Positions 9,620 to 18,405 of a stretch of 64,000 nucleotides of DNA are shown here, one piece after another. A model generated the notes under the pieces. The model was given only the letters and a program-made list of their open reading frames with translations. It was not told the DNA's origin and made no database searches. Each line of letters starts with the position of its first letter. Position 1 is the first letter of the stretch. Source of the stretch: a virus (Duplodnaviria > Heunggongvirae > Uroviricota > Caudoviricetes); IMG/VR virus record IMGVR_UViG_3300025765_000001. One strand, given 5' to 3'. Both the position numbers and the translations under genes were made by a program.

Positions 9620-10644
9620 ATGCATGTGCATTTCAGGGATTACGATATGTTGGCAAAAGTGGCAGTGGAGACGGCGAACTGTTTTGCCGGGGCACTGGTC
9701 ATGCCGAACCTCGTACAACCGGTTACTACGGTCGAGCAATGTTTGGGGTACTGTGATCGTATCAAGGCTATCACGGACAGGTGTAAGAAGTTTACCCCTT
9801 ATATGACGCTCTACCTCCAGATCAATGACTTCTTCCAAGACAAAGACAAACTGAAGGCCGTCAAATTGCTGCACGGCGACTGCATTAAAGCATTCAAGTT
9901 CTACTCCAGAGGCATGACCACCAACAGCGATCATGGGGTTGATCTAAACGATCTCAATTTACTCAAGGTACTTGAGGCGATGTAGGAGGTCGGAATCATC
10001 CTTTGCGTCCACGGAGAGACGGACGGTTTTGTGATAGATCGAGAGATGGAATTTTGCGACCGCTACTATCGGTTCTGGGCCGAGAAGTTTTCAGGTCTCA
10101 AGATCGTCATGGAGCATATTACTACCGAAACAGCCGCACTTGTACTAGATGCCTATTCGCCACGATCACCGTTCATCATCTCTTCCTGACGCTGGATAAC
10201 GTGATCGGCGGTCTGATGCAACCTCACTTGTTTTGTAAACCAATTGTGAAACGCCCAGCAGATAGGGCCGCTCTTTAGAAGTTAGCGATTGGGGTTCACC
10301 CCAAGGTGATGCTCGGCACCGACTCGGCCCCACATCCCAAGAATAAAAAGGAGTGTTCTGGTTGTGCGGCTGGCGTGTACACAGCCCCTTTTGCTTTGCC
10401 GCTCTTAGCTCAGTTCTATGAGTGCAAGAAACTAGATGGCACTCTTACCTTGAGCGTGGAGTACGCTCTACGCTAGTTCGCTTCCTCCAACGCCAGGAAG
10501 ATATACGATCTTCCCGATGTGTCCAAAGAAGTCTTCTTGATGAAGAGGAAACAAACGATTCCCACCGTCACCGTAGCCGGTGTGGTGCCCATGTGGGCAG
10601 GTGAAAAAATCGATTGGTTCGTGGAACACGTTCTGAAGAAGTAA
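9620..10644 (+). pseudogene. pyrC: dihydroorotase (PyrC, E. coli type II class) pseudogene: three in-frame TAG codons and one frameshift
   Basis: Pieces align collinearly with E. coli PyrC: 'HVHFRDYDML...VMPNLVQPVTTVEQ' ~ 'HLHLRDGDML...VMPNLAPPVTTVEA'; 'ILCVHGE' ~ 'LLVHGE'; 'ATITVHHLF...[13 protein letters not shown]' ~ 'ATITPQHLMF...VRPHLYCLPILKR'; 'MLGTDSAPH' ~ 'FLGTDSAPH'. In-frame TAG codons at 9986, 10276 and 10486. Frameshift near 10140-10160. Confidence 0.7.
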
Positions 10645-10672
10645 AAACACCCGGCGTGGCCGGGTGTTTTTA
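10643..10672. terminator. bidirectional rho-independent terminator between convergent genes
   Basis: A-run, stem CACCCGGC / GCCGGGTG, then T-run. Confidence 0.6.
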
Positions 10673-11038
10673 CTTCTTCAGAACCGCTTTCGCTGCTTTC
10701 ACGAAATCGCTCTGATCTGCGGCCAAGAAACCGGTTTGATAGCCCGGCTCCTCGACGCCGGTGATGACCGGTGGTTGTGGTCTCGGCGGTGGTATCGTGT
10801 CAACAACGGTGAATGTCAAAGTTTCACCAGGATCAGACCTATTGCCGTTATTGTCGATGTCTATTAGCCAGAGCGAGATATTCGAGCCTTCGGTTAGGTC
10901 TAGGGTGAAATTCCGCAGGTCTGGGGTGAGGGTGTAAACCGTTTCGTTGCCGTCTACAATGACATGCAACTCTCTGGTTACTACATCACCGGCCCCAGGT
11001 GCGGGTATAGACAGTGTATATCTGAGTTGATCGGCCAT
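10670..11038 (-). CDS. hypothetical protein
   Basis: 122-aa ORF with a Pro-rich stretch. Confidence 0.4.
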   Translation of the reverse strand: MADQLRYTLSIPAPGAGDVVTRELHVIVDGNETVYTLTPDLRNFTLDLTEGSNISLWLIDIDNNGNRSDPGETLTFTVVDTIPPPRPQPPVITGVEEPGYQTGFLAADQSDFVKAAKAVLKK

Positions 11039-11137
11039 AGCACTCCCTTCGATTTTTTCGATTTTACTTCTTTTTGGCCTGCGGGGTTTCTTGCGTTTAG
11101 GCTTCTGCTTGCCTCCAGTACCTATTCAGCTATGAGG

Positions 11138-11734
11138 TTACTTATCTGGCAGGCCGAACAACCCGCTATACAGCTTTTGTTCAAGGGCGGTCCAAACTGG
11201 GCTAGCGTTATAGATTGCACTCAGGTGATGACTCTTAAAGTATCTAGTCAGGTCGTGGTCATAACTATTGTGCGGCTTGGTTGGTAAGTTGAATATAGTA
11301 TCAACTTGCTCTTTTGTAAGCTCGTGTTGGGTCTTCAGAAAACTATACAAATCTTCTCGTAGAAACTCCATTCTGATCCAGTGGGCTATTTCAACGCCGC
11401 CGTCAAGCCACTTCTTTAATAACCGCTCTCCGTAGATGTGATGAACTAGTTCATTGGCTTCGTAATAGGGCCAGGGTTCTCCGAATTCACCACCATGCAG
11501 ATGGGAATGCCACATGGCACTTACTTCCCAAGTGGGGAGTCGTCTGATTCCCAGGACCAGCTTTCTACCATCTAGAACTCCAGCTTGTTTGAAGGTCTGA
11601 TGTTTTTTGGGGTTATCTGCGGCATGATCTGGCACGATTACGCCGGGTAAACTCAGGGCTTTCATTATCTGTTTTACTGGGTCGCCTCCCGTTTTCTGGA
11701 TATGCCCTATGATGTAGTTGGGTGCTAAGATCAT
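11138..11734 (-). CDS. hypothetical protein, possibly sulfotransferase-like (weak)
   Basis: 198-aa ORF overlapping the downstream glycosyltransferase by 4 nt. P-loop-like 'GHIQKTGG'. Assignment is weak. Confidence 0.3.
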   Translation of the reverse strand: MILAPNYIIGHIQKTGGDPVKQIMKALSLPGVIVPDHAADNPKKHQTFKQAGVLDGRKLVLGIRRLPTWEVSAMWHSHLHGGEFGEPWPYYEANELVHHIYGERLLKKWLDGGVEIAHWIRMEFLREDLYSFLKTQHELTKEQVDTIFNLPTKPHNSYDHDLTRYFKSHHLSAIYNASPVWTALEQKLYSGLFGLPDK

Positions 11735-13785
11735 TTAGATACCTCGCTATATATCCTTCTATATTCCATGCAATTCTCCTTGATGTTGTAGACCTTCTGC
11801 CTCATCAGGTTCTCTTTGATCCGCTCTAGGCTGTCATCAACTCTGATTTGCCTGATGAGTTGTGCAATCTGGCCTACGTCCTTGTGGTCCACAAGATATC
11901 CTGTTTCCTCGTGAATCACCCTATCTTGAATCGCACCGACCTTGGTAGCGATTACCGGTATACCAAGTCCCTGGGCCTCCGTGAGTGTGAGACAAAAGGT
12001 TTCATCCCACAGAGATAGAATCACCAATACATCGATATCGTGCAGCATTCCAGGAAGGGTCTGCAATGTATATTTACCCTTTCGCTGCACGTTAAGTATA
12101 TCAATTGCCTTCTCGTATGTAGGATTTATATTCCCAATGATGCAGAAACTATATTCATCCTCGTAGCTGAACAGGTTGGCTAGTGTTAGGAATATGTCGG
12201 CCCCTTTCTGCATACAGAAGTTTCCAAGGAAACCGATTTTGAGTTTGTTCAAATTCCTGTTTCTGCATACTTTGCACCCTACATCAACGCCATGTGGCAC
12301 TACTTTGACTTTTTCGGTTTCCCCGAAGGCTTCGTTGATTTTGTTAGCCACGAATTGAGATGGTACAATTATGGTGTCAGCGGCCTCGATGATCTGAGGA
12401 ACTAGTTTCGCCCGCTCAGTCATGTAGTTTTGAGGATCGGTTCCCATTTTGGCCGACATGCAGTTCAAACACGTCAGATTTTGAGGCTGACAGTGGGTTT
12501 GGCCGCACATTCTGTTGTCTGGAAGGAGTAGGTTGTACTCAGGGCACAGCAGGAAGTAATCATGAATGGTCAGAATGACCTTCGAGCCATACTGCTTGGC
12601 GAGCAGGGGTAACATGAGCGATCCCCAACCAGCCAAATGCTGGAAATGGACTATATCGTAATCGCCTTGTAGTAGCTGGCCGAATTTTTCTTCTATATGC
12701 TGATTTCGGATGTCCACACCATTGTCGAGGACGTGCAGGTGGTGTTGTGGTTTTCTGAGGCGGATGACCCTGGGGTTCCCAGGTTGGTCCTCTAAGTCTA
12801 GGTATTCTCTCACTCTGGTGGAGGGGTAAGCCACAGTGAAATCAAACAAGTCCTTGTTGTGATCGATTACCTGTTTTGTGTGTAGTTCGGTTCCAGCGGC
12901 TACCTCATAGGAATGGATCACCTGTAGAATTCGTTTCTTGCCGTTAGAGTTCATTCTGGAAATGATCTTTTCTTGTATGCCACGAAGCGGGTTGTTGTTG
13001 CAAAAATCATGAATTATGAAATCATACTGCGGCCACTTTTCAAGTAGTTTGGCATGGTTCTGTTTTCGTAGTAGAGTGGAGTTGATCGAGAACGACTTTT
13101 CGCCGTGATGAAATACAAAACCATTGTCGCAGCACACGATCCGGTAGCCTTCTTGGTTTGCTCGCATGGCGTAATCGCACTCATCGCTGTATCCCATGCC
13201 GAAGCGTTCGTCTATCAAGCCAACTTTGTCTATTACCTCACGCTTGATAGCCATGCAGAAGCCGACGCCGGTTGGTACATCTGGGTAGAATCGCTGTGAC
13301 GTTTTGTGTATCAGGTGTGCGAATTCGTCAACGGTCCAGCCTTCGGGAAGGTCGTTGGGCTGGTTGAAGTACGGCACTGAGAAGATTGTTGCGTTGTTTG
13401 AGAGAGGCGTGCAGATGCTGATTTTTTCCGAACTCCAAAGGCACTCATCTATAGTTTCGAGCCAACGCCGGGGAAGCAACGTGTCGGAATTCACGAGAAC
13501 CACGTCATTCCGTGACAGCATCATGCCCATGTTCACGGTTTTGATGAATCCGAGGTTCCGTTCGTTTTTCAGATGAATGTAGTTTTTTTGGCTGAAGGAA
13601 TTCAGGATAGACTCGATGTCTGGGTCGGTACTGCAATCATCAATCGCAATAATTCTGTGCTTTTGGTCTGTGTTCAATAAGATGGTTCTTAGGCATTCTT
13701 TTACGTACTCGCTCGCATTGTAGATCGGGATGATGATGTCATAGATTCTATTCATAGCTCCTCGTTTGCTGATGAGACTCGCCAT
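11731..13785 (-). CDS. bifunctional glycosyltransferase (N-terminal GT2 domain + C-terminal GT4/GT1 domain)
   Basis: GT2 signature 'IIIPIYNASEYVKECLRTIL...IIAIDDCSTD'. C-terminal GT4 motif 'EAQGLGIPVIATKVGAIQDRVIHEETGYLV'. Confidence 0.7.
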   Translation of the reverse strand: MASLISKRGAMNRIYDIIIPIYNASEYVKECLRTILLNTDQKHRIIAIDDCSTDPDIESILNSFSQKNYIHLKNERNLGFIKTVNMGMMLSRNDVVLVNSDTLLPRRWLETIDECLWSSEKISICTPLSNNATIFSVPYFNQPNDLPEGWTVDEFAHLIHKTSQRFYPDVPTGVGFCMAIKREVIDKVGLIDERFGMGYSDECDYAMRANQEGYRIVCCDNGFVFHHGEKSFSINSTLLRKQNHAKLLEKWPQYDFIIHDFCNNNPLRGIQEKIISRMNSNGKKRILQVIHSYEVAAGTELHTKQVIDHNKDLFDFTVAYPSTRVREYLDLEDQPGNPRVIRLRKPQHHLHVLDNGVDIRNQHIEEKFGQLLQGDYDIVHFQHLAGWGSLMLPLLAKQYGSKVILTIHDYFLLCPEYNLLLPDNRMCGQTHCQPQNLTCLNCMSAKMGTDPQNYMTERAKLVPQIIEAADTIIVPSQFVANKINEAFGETEKVKVVPHGVDVGCKVCRNRNLNKLKIGFLGNFCMQKGADIFLTLANLFSYEDEYSFCIIGNINPTYEKAIDILNVQRKGKYTLQTLPGMLHDIDVLVILSLWDETFCLTLTEAQGLGIPVIATKVGAIQDRVIHEETGYLVDHKDVGQIAQLIRQIRVDDSLERIKENLMRQKVYNIKENCMEYRRIYSEVSK

Positions 13786-14253
13786 ATTTAGGTTTTTCGT
13801 CTAGGAGATTTGCCCCTCGTATAGAAAAAAGGCTCACTTGGTACGAGACTTGCTCAATTTTCAATTGGTGTTTGTTTACCCTGTTTCGATGACGCCAGAT
13901 AGAGGAGAACTCTAATGGCAACTATGGTTGCGAATCCCAGGAGGCGAAGTGAGGCACTTAGAACCGTCAAGGAGAAGCTGGCGGTTCTACAAGGCATGTC
14001 AGACGAGATCGGTTCCAAGATGGTCATCGAGACCGCCATCGATGCCGTCGAGTCCACTATGGAAGCCGCCCTCTGCTGATGGGCAGTCGGCGTAACACGC
14101 ATGGGAAATGAACTGTACAGCCGTCCCTGTGCAGACCATTCCTCGACCAGTCTGGCAACTTGACAACCAACCGGGACAAAGTGACGTGATCGAAAAAAGG
14201 GGTTGACTCGGTTGGCCTCTCTTGCTAGAATGTTTCTCGTCAGTTGATTGCTA

Positions 14254-14345
14254 GGCAGGTAGCTTAGTAGGCCGCAAGGTAGCTTGGAGTAGAGCGTCAG
14301 CCTAATAAGTTGAAGGTTGCTGGTGCGAATCCAGTCCTGCCCACT
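14254..14345 (+). ncRNA. tRNA-like element with ~20-nt D-loop insertion/duplication, non-canonical T-loop (TGCGAAT), anticodon loop CTAATAA (AAU?)
   Basis: Acceptor AGGCAGG / CCTGCCC. D-stem GCTT..GAGC encloses a 26-nt loop containing a duplicated TAGCTT. Anticodon stem TCAGC / GTTGA. Confidence 0.3.
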
Positions 14346-14526
14346 TAAACGAGAACTGCCGTGGCCGCAAGGCGGAAAGGCAACCCTGGGAGCGAGTCTC
14401 CCGCTAACATCCAACCGGACTCATAAGGGGTAGCGGGGAATCCGGTTCACGGCGGAAAAATTCCGAAAAATGTCCTTTTTTGGGATTGCTCGTCTATATA
14501 TTGGACAGGCAGAAATGCCGACATGA

Positions 14527-14600
14527 CGTGGGGTGGTGTAATTGGTCAACATACGAGGCTCATAACCTCGTGATTCCAGGTTCGAGTCCTGGCCCCGCAA
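14527..14600 (+). tRNA. tRNA-fMet (CAT), initiator type
   Basis: Acceptor CGTGGGG / CCCCGCA with a C1:A72 mismatch, as in E. coli tRNAfMet. Anticodon loop CTCATAA. T-arm CCAGG TTCGAGT CCTGG. Confidence 0.7.
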
Positions 14601-14876
14601 CTCAAGGACGCTAACAGCATTTTCCTACTACGGCAAAGAGATGGCGTCCGGGGGACAAGCGGTTAAGTCGCTAGTCTCATAAACAACACCGGGCCGTGAG
14701 GCCCACAATGGAGGCAAGAAGAATACAATGGCTGTCCTGATTCAGAGACATGGGAAACAATGGTGCCGCTGCCATAAGCAGTGGAATAACCAGATTACGT
14801 ACCTCATGTCCTGATCGAGCAGCCAAAAGCCGGTTCAGGGCGTGAGTCCTGGGCCGGTGTCATAGGGAACTTGTAG

Positions 14877-14920
14877 AACCCCTCGATACCACTCAGCGGT
14901 ATCGAGGGGTTTCTTTTTTC
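14877..14920 (+). terminator. rho-independent terminator
   Basis: 13-bp stem AACCCCTCGATACC / GTATCGAGGGGTT followed by TCTTTTTTC. Confidence 0.7.
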
Positions 14921-15266
14921 TACGAGGTATCCCTATGAGGATAGTGTCGGAGTTCAGGGACTACTACGATTGCATCCAGGCAATGGGCCAAGATCGGTCG
15001 TTAGTCTATGTGAAAATATCGAAGGAAGTGGATTGTAGTTACCGAGGCGTGAATTCGCCGGTTTACCCCTTCCCGACGTTCGGAGGTTACTATAGGTTTC
15101 CTTACGATGACTTTTCGATCCCTACATGGCGTTCCAAGAGATTTCGATGTATCTGGGAGGATTAGCAGTTCCTCAGAAACCTATGCCGAAAATCTCCGAC
15201 GAAGTGATGGCAGAGATCAAGGGATTCGATAAATGGAGCTTCCGAAAAGAACCCAGCAGGAAATGA

Positions 15267-15337
15267 TGTGGCGTCAGATAATGGTAATCGGCCTGCCTGT
15301 TAAACAGGAGATGTTGGTTCGATCCCAGCCGCCACAG
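15267..15337 (+). tRNA. tRNA-Asn (GTT)
   Basis: Acceptor TGTGGCG / CGCCACA. Anticodon loop CTGTTAA. T-arm GTTGG TTCGATC CCAGC. Confidence 0.55.
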
Positions 15338-15343
15338 CTTTAT

Positions 15344-15428
15344 TCCTGGGTAGCCTAAAGGTAAGGCAGCAGTCTGTTAAACTGCCGTGGCGAAAGTCCG
15401 AATGTTGGTTCGAGTCCAACCCCAGGAG
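15344..15428 (+). tRNA. type II (long variable arm, Tyr/Ser-like body) tRNA with anticodon GTT, discriminator G
   Basis: 85 nt. Acceptor TCCTGGG / CCCAGGA. 3-bp D-stem GCC / GGC. Anticodon arm GCAGT CTGTTAA ACTGC (perfect 5-bp stem, 7-nt loop). 18-nt variable arm. T-arm GTTGG TTCGAGT CCAAC. Architecture parallels bacterial tRNA-Tyr, but the anticodon is GUU. Confidence 0.45.
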
Positions 15429-15499
15429 CTTGATAGGTTAGTTCTTTGACAATTAGGATCGCCAAAACTATAGTCGCCGCAAGGCAGTGGTGACTATAT

Positions 15500-15581
15500 G
15501 GGGTCGTGGCAGAATGGTTATGCACCCGGCTTTTAACCGGAGCGAGAAATCGCAATGAGGGTTCGATTCCTTCTGGCCCCA
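15500..15581 (+). tRNA. type II (Leu-like body) tRNA with anticodon TTT, discriminator A
   Basis: 82 nt. Acceptor GGGGTCG / TGGCCCC. 3-bp D-stem GCA / TGC. Anticodon arm CCCGG CTTTTAA CCGGA. Variable-arm hairpin GCGA GAAA TCGC. T-arm GAGGG TTCGATT CCTTC. Confidence 0.45.
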
Positions 15582-15585
15582 CTTT

Positions 15586-15657
15586 CGGCTCATGTTGTAG
15601 TGGTCTGCGAACCGCTCTGATAAGGCGGGAGTCCTGGGCCGATTCCAGGTGAGCCGA
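15586..15657 (+). tRNA. tRNA-Ile (GAT)-like, degenerate copy (non-canonical T-loop GCCGATT)
   Basis: Anticodon arm CCGCT CTGATAA GGCGG identical to the downstream Ile tRNA. Acceptor CGGCTCA / TGAGCCG. Confidence 0.4.
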
Positions 15658-15665
15658 CTCCGAAT

Positions 15666-15737
15666 GGCCTGGTCGTTCAATGGTTAGGACGCCGCTCTGA
15701 TAAGGCGGTAATGAAGGTTCGACTCCTTCCTGGGCTA
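15666..15737 (+). tRNA. tRNA-Ile (GAT)
   Basis: Acceptor GGCCTGG / CTGGGCT (three G-U pairs). D-stem GTTC / GGAC. Loop CTGATAA. T-arm GAAGG TTCGACT CCTTC. Confidence 0.55.
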
Positions 15738-15744
15738 CTAGATG

Positions 15745-16190
15745 GGCCTGTGTTGTAATGGCAGCGAGCCGGTCGGGCTTATGAGAGAATGTTGGAAGAA
15801 GCGAAAAAGTGTGTCCTGCTTTGTAACTGATGTCACACAGAGGTCACGCACGGCGTAGCGACACTGAACATTGGCGACACATGCCATCCGAACTAGTGTA
15901 GGGGAGTTGTGTGGCCTCTGGGGAGAGGCCCAGACCTTGAGATATGGTGGTCGTGGTGTTGGTTTCGCACGCTTGGCTGTGAACCAAGAGGAATGGGTTC
16001 GATCCCCGTCGATCACCCTTGTAGTCGATGTGGTGTAATTGGCAGCATGGCCGTTGAGCGGAATTAGGTGCAGGTTCGAGTCCTGTCGCCCGGTCTAGAC
16101 AACCAAAACCGGGTGTGATGTAATGGCAGCACGGCCCCAGCGAAGGGGAAACAGGTCTGGGTTTGAGTCTCAGCGATCGAAGATACGTGA
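15745..16190 (+). repeat. family of degenerate tRNA-like repeats sharing TG-NTGT-AAT(T)GGCAGC 5' halves (one canonical tRNA-His embedded at 15947-16017)
   Basis: 5' halves at 15745, 16027 and 16109 share acceptor + D-arm sequence but lack a canonical anticodon arm (e.g. CCCC AGCGAA GGGG). The last has T-loop TTTGAGT. Confidence 0.35.
15947..16017 (+). tRNA. tRNA-His (GTG) with encoded G-1
   Basis: G-1 at 15946 pairs with discriminator C. Acceptor GTGGTCG / CGATCAC. Anticodon arm CTTGG CTGTGAA CCAAG. T-arm ATGGG TTCGATC CCCGT. Confidence 0.65.
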
Positions 16191-16310
16191 GATAGATTGT
16201 GGCGTCGTCTAACACCCCGCCAGAATAGTCGAACAACTATGGGGTAAAAAGGATATCGGGGGCCAGATTAGCCCGGAGATGCAGGTGAAACTCCTGTCCG
16301 TCACAGCCAT

Positions 16311-16383
16311 TGAGGGGTCGTCTAATTGGTAGGACGCTCGGCTTTGAACCGGGAAAATGAAGGTTCGACTCCTTCCCCCTCAG
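16311..16383 (+). tRNA. tRNA-Gln (TTG)
   Basis: Acceptor TGAGGGG / CCCCTCA. Anticodon arm CTCGG CTTTGAA CCGGG. T-arm GAAGG TTCGACT CCTTC. Confidence 0.6.
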
Positions 16384-16384
16384 C

Positions 16385-16470
16385 TAGACAGAATGGTGCA
16401 GACACCAGTTCCTTCGACCAAGTAGGTCAACATCCTGTTAAGATGTCCATTGTGGGTGTCAAATCCCACA
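16385..16470 (+). ncRNA. tRNA-like element with third CTGTTAA anticodon loop and aberrant 8-nt T-loop (TGTCAAAT)
   Basis: Anticodon arm ACATC CTGTTAA GATGT. T-stem GTGGG / CCCAC. Acceptor pairing imperfect. Confidence 0.3.
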
Positions 16471-16507
16471 GGAACAACCTGATGTCGAATATCTCTTCTG
16501 TCTTTAC

Positions 16508-16580
16508 GGCCCCAAGGTGTTAGTGGCAGCATTCCACGCTCTTAACGTGCGGGGTCCGGGTTCAAGTCCCGGTGGGGCCA
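16508..16580 (+). tRNA. tRNA-Lys (CTT)
   Basis: Acceptor GGCCCCA / TGGGGCC. D-stem GTGT / GCAT. Loop CTCTTAA. T-arm CCGGG TTCAAGT CCCGG. Confidence 0.55.
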
Positions 16581-16671
16581 CTTTGCTCTAGAAAAACCTA
16601 GAGCCATCATCTATACTACTAGCACTACGACCAGTGGCTCGACCTGTTCCGCAAGAAGGAATGGATCGAGA

Positions 16672-17133
16672 ATGAATGCAACGAAACTGCTGTCCATAGG
16701 AAAGACAGCCGAAAGATTGGGAGTGCATGTTGATACTCTCAGGGAATGGGACAAAGACGGCAAACTGACCCCGGTGAAGACCCCCGGCAACCATCGCCGC
16801 TACCGCATCGAAGACATCGAAGCGTTCTGCGGCAACATGGTTGAGAAGAAGGATGACGCAAAGGCAGTCAGAGTCGCCCAAGAAAAACCTCAAAATAAAT
16901 TCAAGGATGTTTTGCATTTTGCCGATGATTACATTATAATACTTTGTCTGACTGTGGATACTCTACGATTTTGGCGGGACAAAGACGTATTTGACCTGAT
17001 TGGCACAATCGGAGGACACAACATTGATGAAGTTTTAGGTGTAATTAGTGAAAAGTCAAGTAAGGTGGACAGAGGACGAGGTAAATCTTCTCAAAGAACA
17101 CGGAGCGACAAAACTCCTGCACGAACTGGTTGA
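16672..17133 (+). pseudogene. tnpA: IS607 TnpA N-terminal MerR-like HTH domain (first part of a split tnpA; read-through into the inserted sequence)
   Basis: 'LSIGKTAERLGVHVDTLREWDKDGKLTPVKTPGNHRRYRIEDIE' matches the IS607 TnpA N-terminal HTH. Sequence after ~16870 continues into the inserted element. Confidence 0.5.
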
Positions 17134-18013
17134 GCTACTACCGAGACATACGGCAATGGGTATCTCGATCAAGAGAAAGCGGCTCGGCATAGAACTGCCA
17201 GATGAATACCTGTCAAGGCAAGGAGCATACGGCAGGTCATTTGTAAATAATGACAACTTGTGTAAGACGGATCACAGCCTCACGCTAAACGATCTTGATG
17301 ATACGACCAAACAGGTTCTTCTTGGCAGCGTCTTAGGCGACGGCAGTATCAAGAAGAATGGAAGCGGTGGGAAGATGAGGGGCAAGTGGAGTCAAAGGAA
17401 CTTCATCTTCTACGACATGCACAGAAGTCCACAATTTGACTACACGGACTGGAAGGCATCCAAACTCCAAACATTCTTAGCCAAGTCAAGCCGCAACGAT
17501 GAGAAGAACAGGTCAGAGACTTGGACGGTATCGCATCCGATCTTCACCATGTTGCGTGATAAGTTTTATCCGGCGATGACGAAGTGTAACAAGTGCATGA
17601 TCCCCGCCGACATCGTTGAGCAGATGGATGAGTTGGCGTTGTTGGTGTGGTACTTTGATGACGGCTACATCGGTGTGCGTCCTGATGGATTTGACACCAA
17701 AGGTCATCACAAACGACCGCAACCAAGAATTGCGGCAAAAGGTTGGAACTACGAAGACCTGTGCAGAGCCGCCGAGATACTGAACAAGAACTTGGGGTTG
17801 CATCTGTACGTTCTTACATTCAAGCACAGGGACGGTGTTGGTAAAGAAGTCAAGATACCAGCAAAAGACAGGGATTACTTGTTTCAGCTTTGGCAGCAGT
17901 TGGCGAAACAACACGGCGTACCTGAGTGTATGATGTACAAACTGAACCTGCACGAATGGAAAGATGTACTTGTGTATAAGCAGCCACGAACAGAAGCAGA
18001 AGGGCGACCTTGA
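17048..18013 (+). CDS. LAGLIDADG-family homing endonuclease (two LAGLIDADG motifs)
   Basis: 'LLGSVLGDGSIKKNGSG' and 'LLVWYFDDGYIGVRPDG' motifs. No terminal His-Asn and not in frame with the flanking tnpA pieces, so probably intron-encoded or free-standing rather than an intein. Confidence 0.55.
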   Translation: MKSQVRWTEDEVNLLKEHGATKLLHELVELLPRHTAMGISIKRKRLGIELPDEYLSRQGAYGRSFVNNDNLCKTDHSLTLNDLDDTTKQVLLGSVLGDGSIKKNGSGGKMRGKWSQRNFIFYDMHRSPQFDYTDWKASKLQTFLAKSSRNDEKNRSETWTVSHPIFTMLRDKFYPAMTKCNKCMIPADIVEQMDELALLVWYFDDGYIGVRPDGFDTKGHHKRPQPRIAAKGWNYEDLCRAAEILNKNLGLHLYVLTFKHRDGVGKEVKIPAKDRDYLFQLWQQLAKQHGVPECMMYKLNLHEWKDVLVYKQPRTEAEGRP

Positions 18014-18405
18014 GCGACAAAATGGGCGGGTTCTCGCCTACTGCGTCAAGAAACAGTACCAAGTAGTAAAATCCTACGAGGAAGTCGGCTCTGGCATGTG
18101 CGACACCCGACCAAAACTTCATCAAATCTTCAAGTTGGTTGAAGAGAAGCAGGTGGATAAGGTCATCGTAGAACACAAGGACCGGCTGACCCGGTTCAAC
18201 TTCAACTTTCTGGCAGCGTTCTTCGCCAGTCATGGTGTTGAGGTTGAATGGACAGAGGAAGTGCTTGGGAACAAGCGGTACGAGGACGAGTTAGTGGAAG
18301 ACATGCTCACGCTCATGTCCTCGTTCTCAAACAAAATCTACGGCAAACGATCCGCAGAGAACCGCAAGAAGAAAAAGTTAGAGAAGTTGGCGGCAAAGGA
18401 GCAAG
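17964..18405 (+). CDS. tnpA: IS607 TnpA serine-recombinase catalytic domain (second part of split tnpA; 3' end approximate)
   Basis: 'CISSHEQKQKGDLERQ...VDKVIVEHKDRLTRFNFNFL...SNKIYGKRS' matches the IS607 TnpA catalytic core. The ORF runs on in frame to 19088, overlapping tnpB, so the true stop is uncertain. Confidence 0.5.

Noticed and set aside
9620-10644. Genome-wide amber (TAG) stop-codon recoding or an encoded amber-suppressor tRNA explaining the three in-frame TAGs in pyrC
   Set aside because: TAG ends at least two otherwise intact genes (the Ro60-like gene, which is followed directly by a terminator, and ORF 5853). Long genes such as ileS, MoxR and the glycosyltransferase show no fragmentation. 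No tRNA with a CUA anticodon was found. The CTA triplets in anticodon loops belong to Arg-TCT and Arg-CCT at positions 35-37. The gene also carries a true frameshift, so a pseudogene is the simpler reading.
14430-14470. tmRNA-like or RNase P-like fragment
   Set aside because: Only short stems. No tag-peptide reading frame, no tRNA-like 3' end and no conserved P4 sequence recognised.
16860-17970. Intein inside the IS607 TnpA
   Set aside because: A CLTVDTL block-A-like motif is present, but the three pieces lie in three reading frames, there is no C-terminal His-Asn + Cys/Ser/Thr junction in any frame, and the LAGLIDADG ORF has its own start. An intron or free-standing endonuclease insertion fits better.
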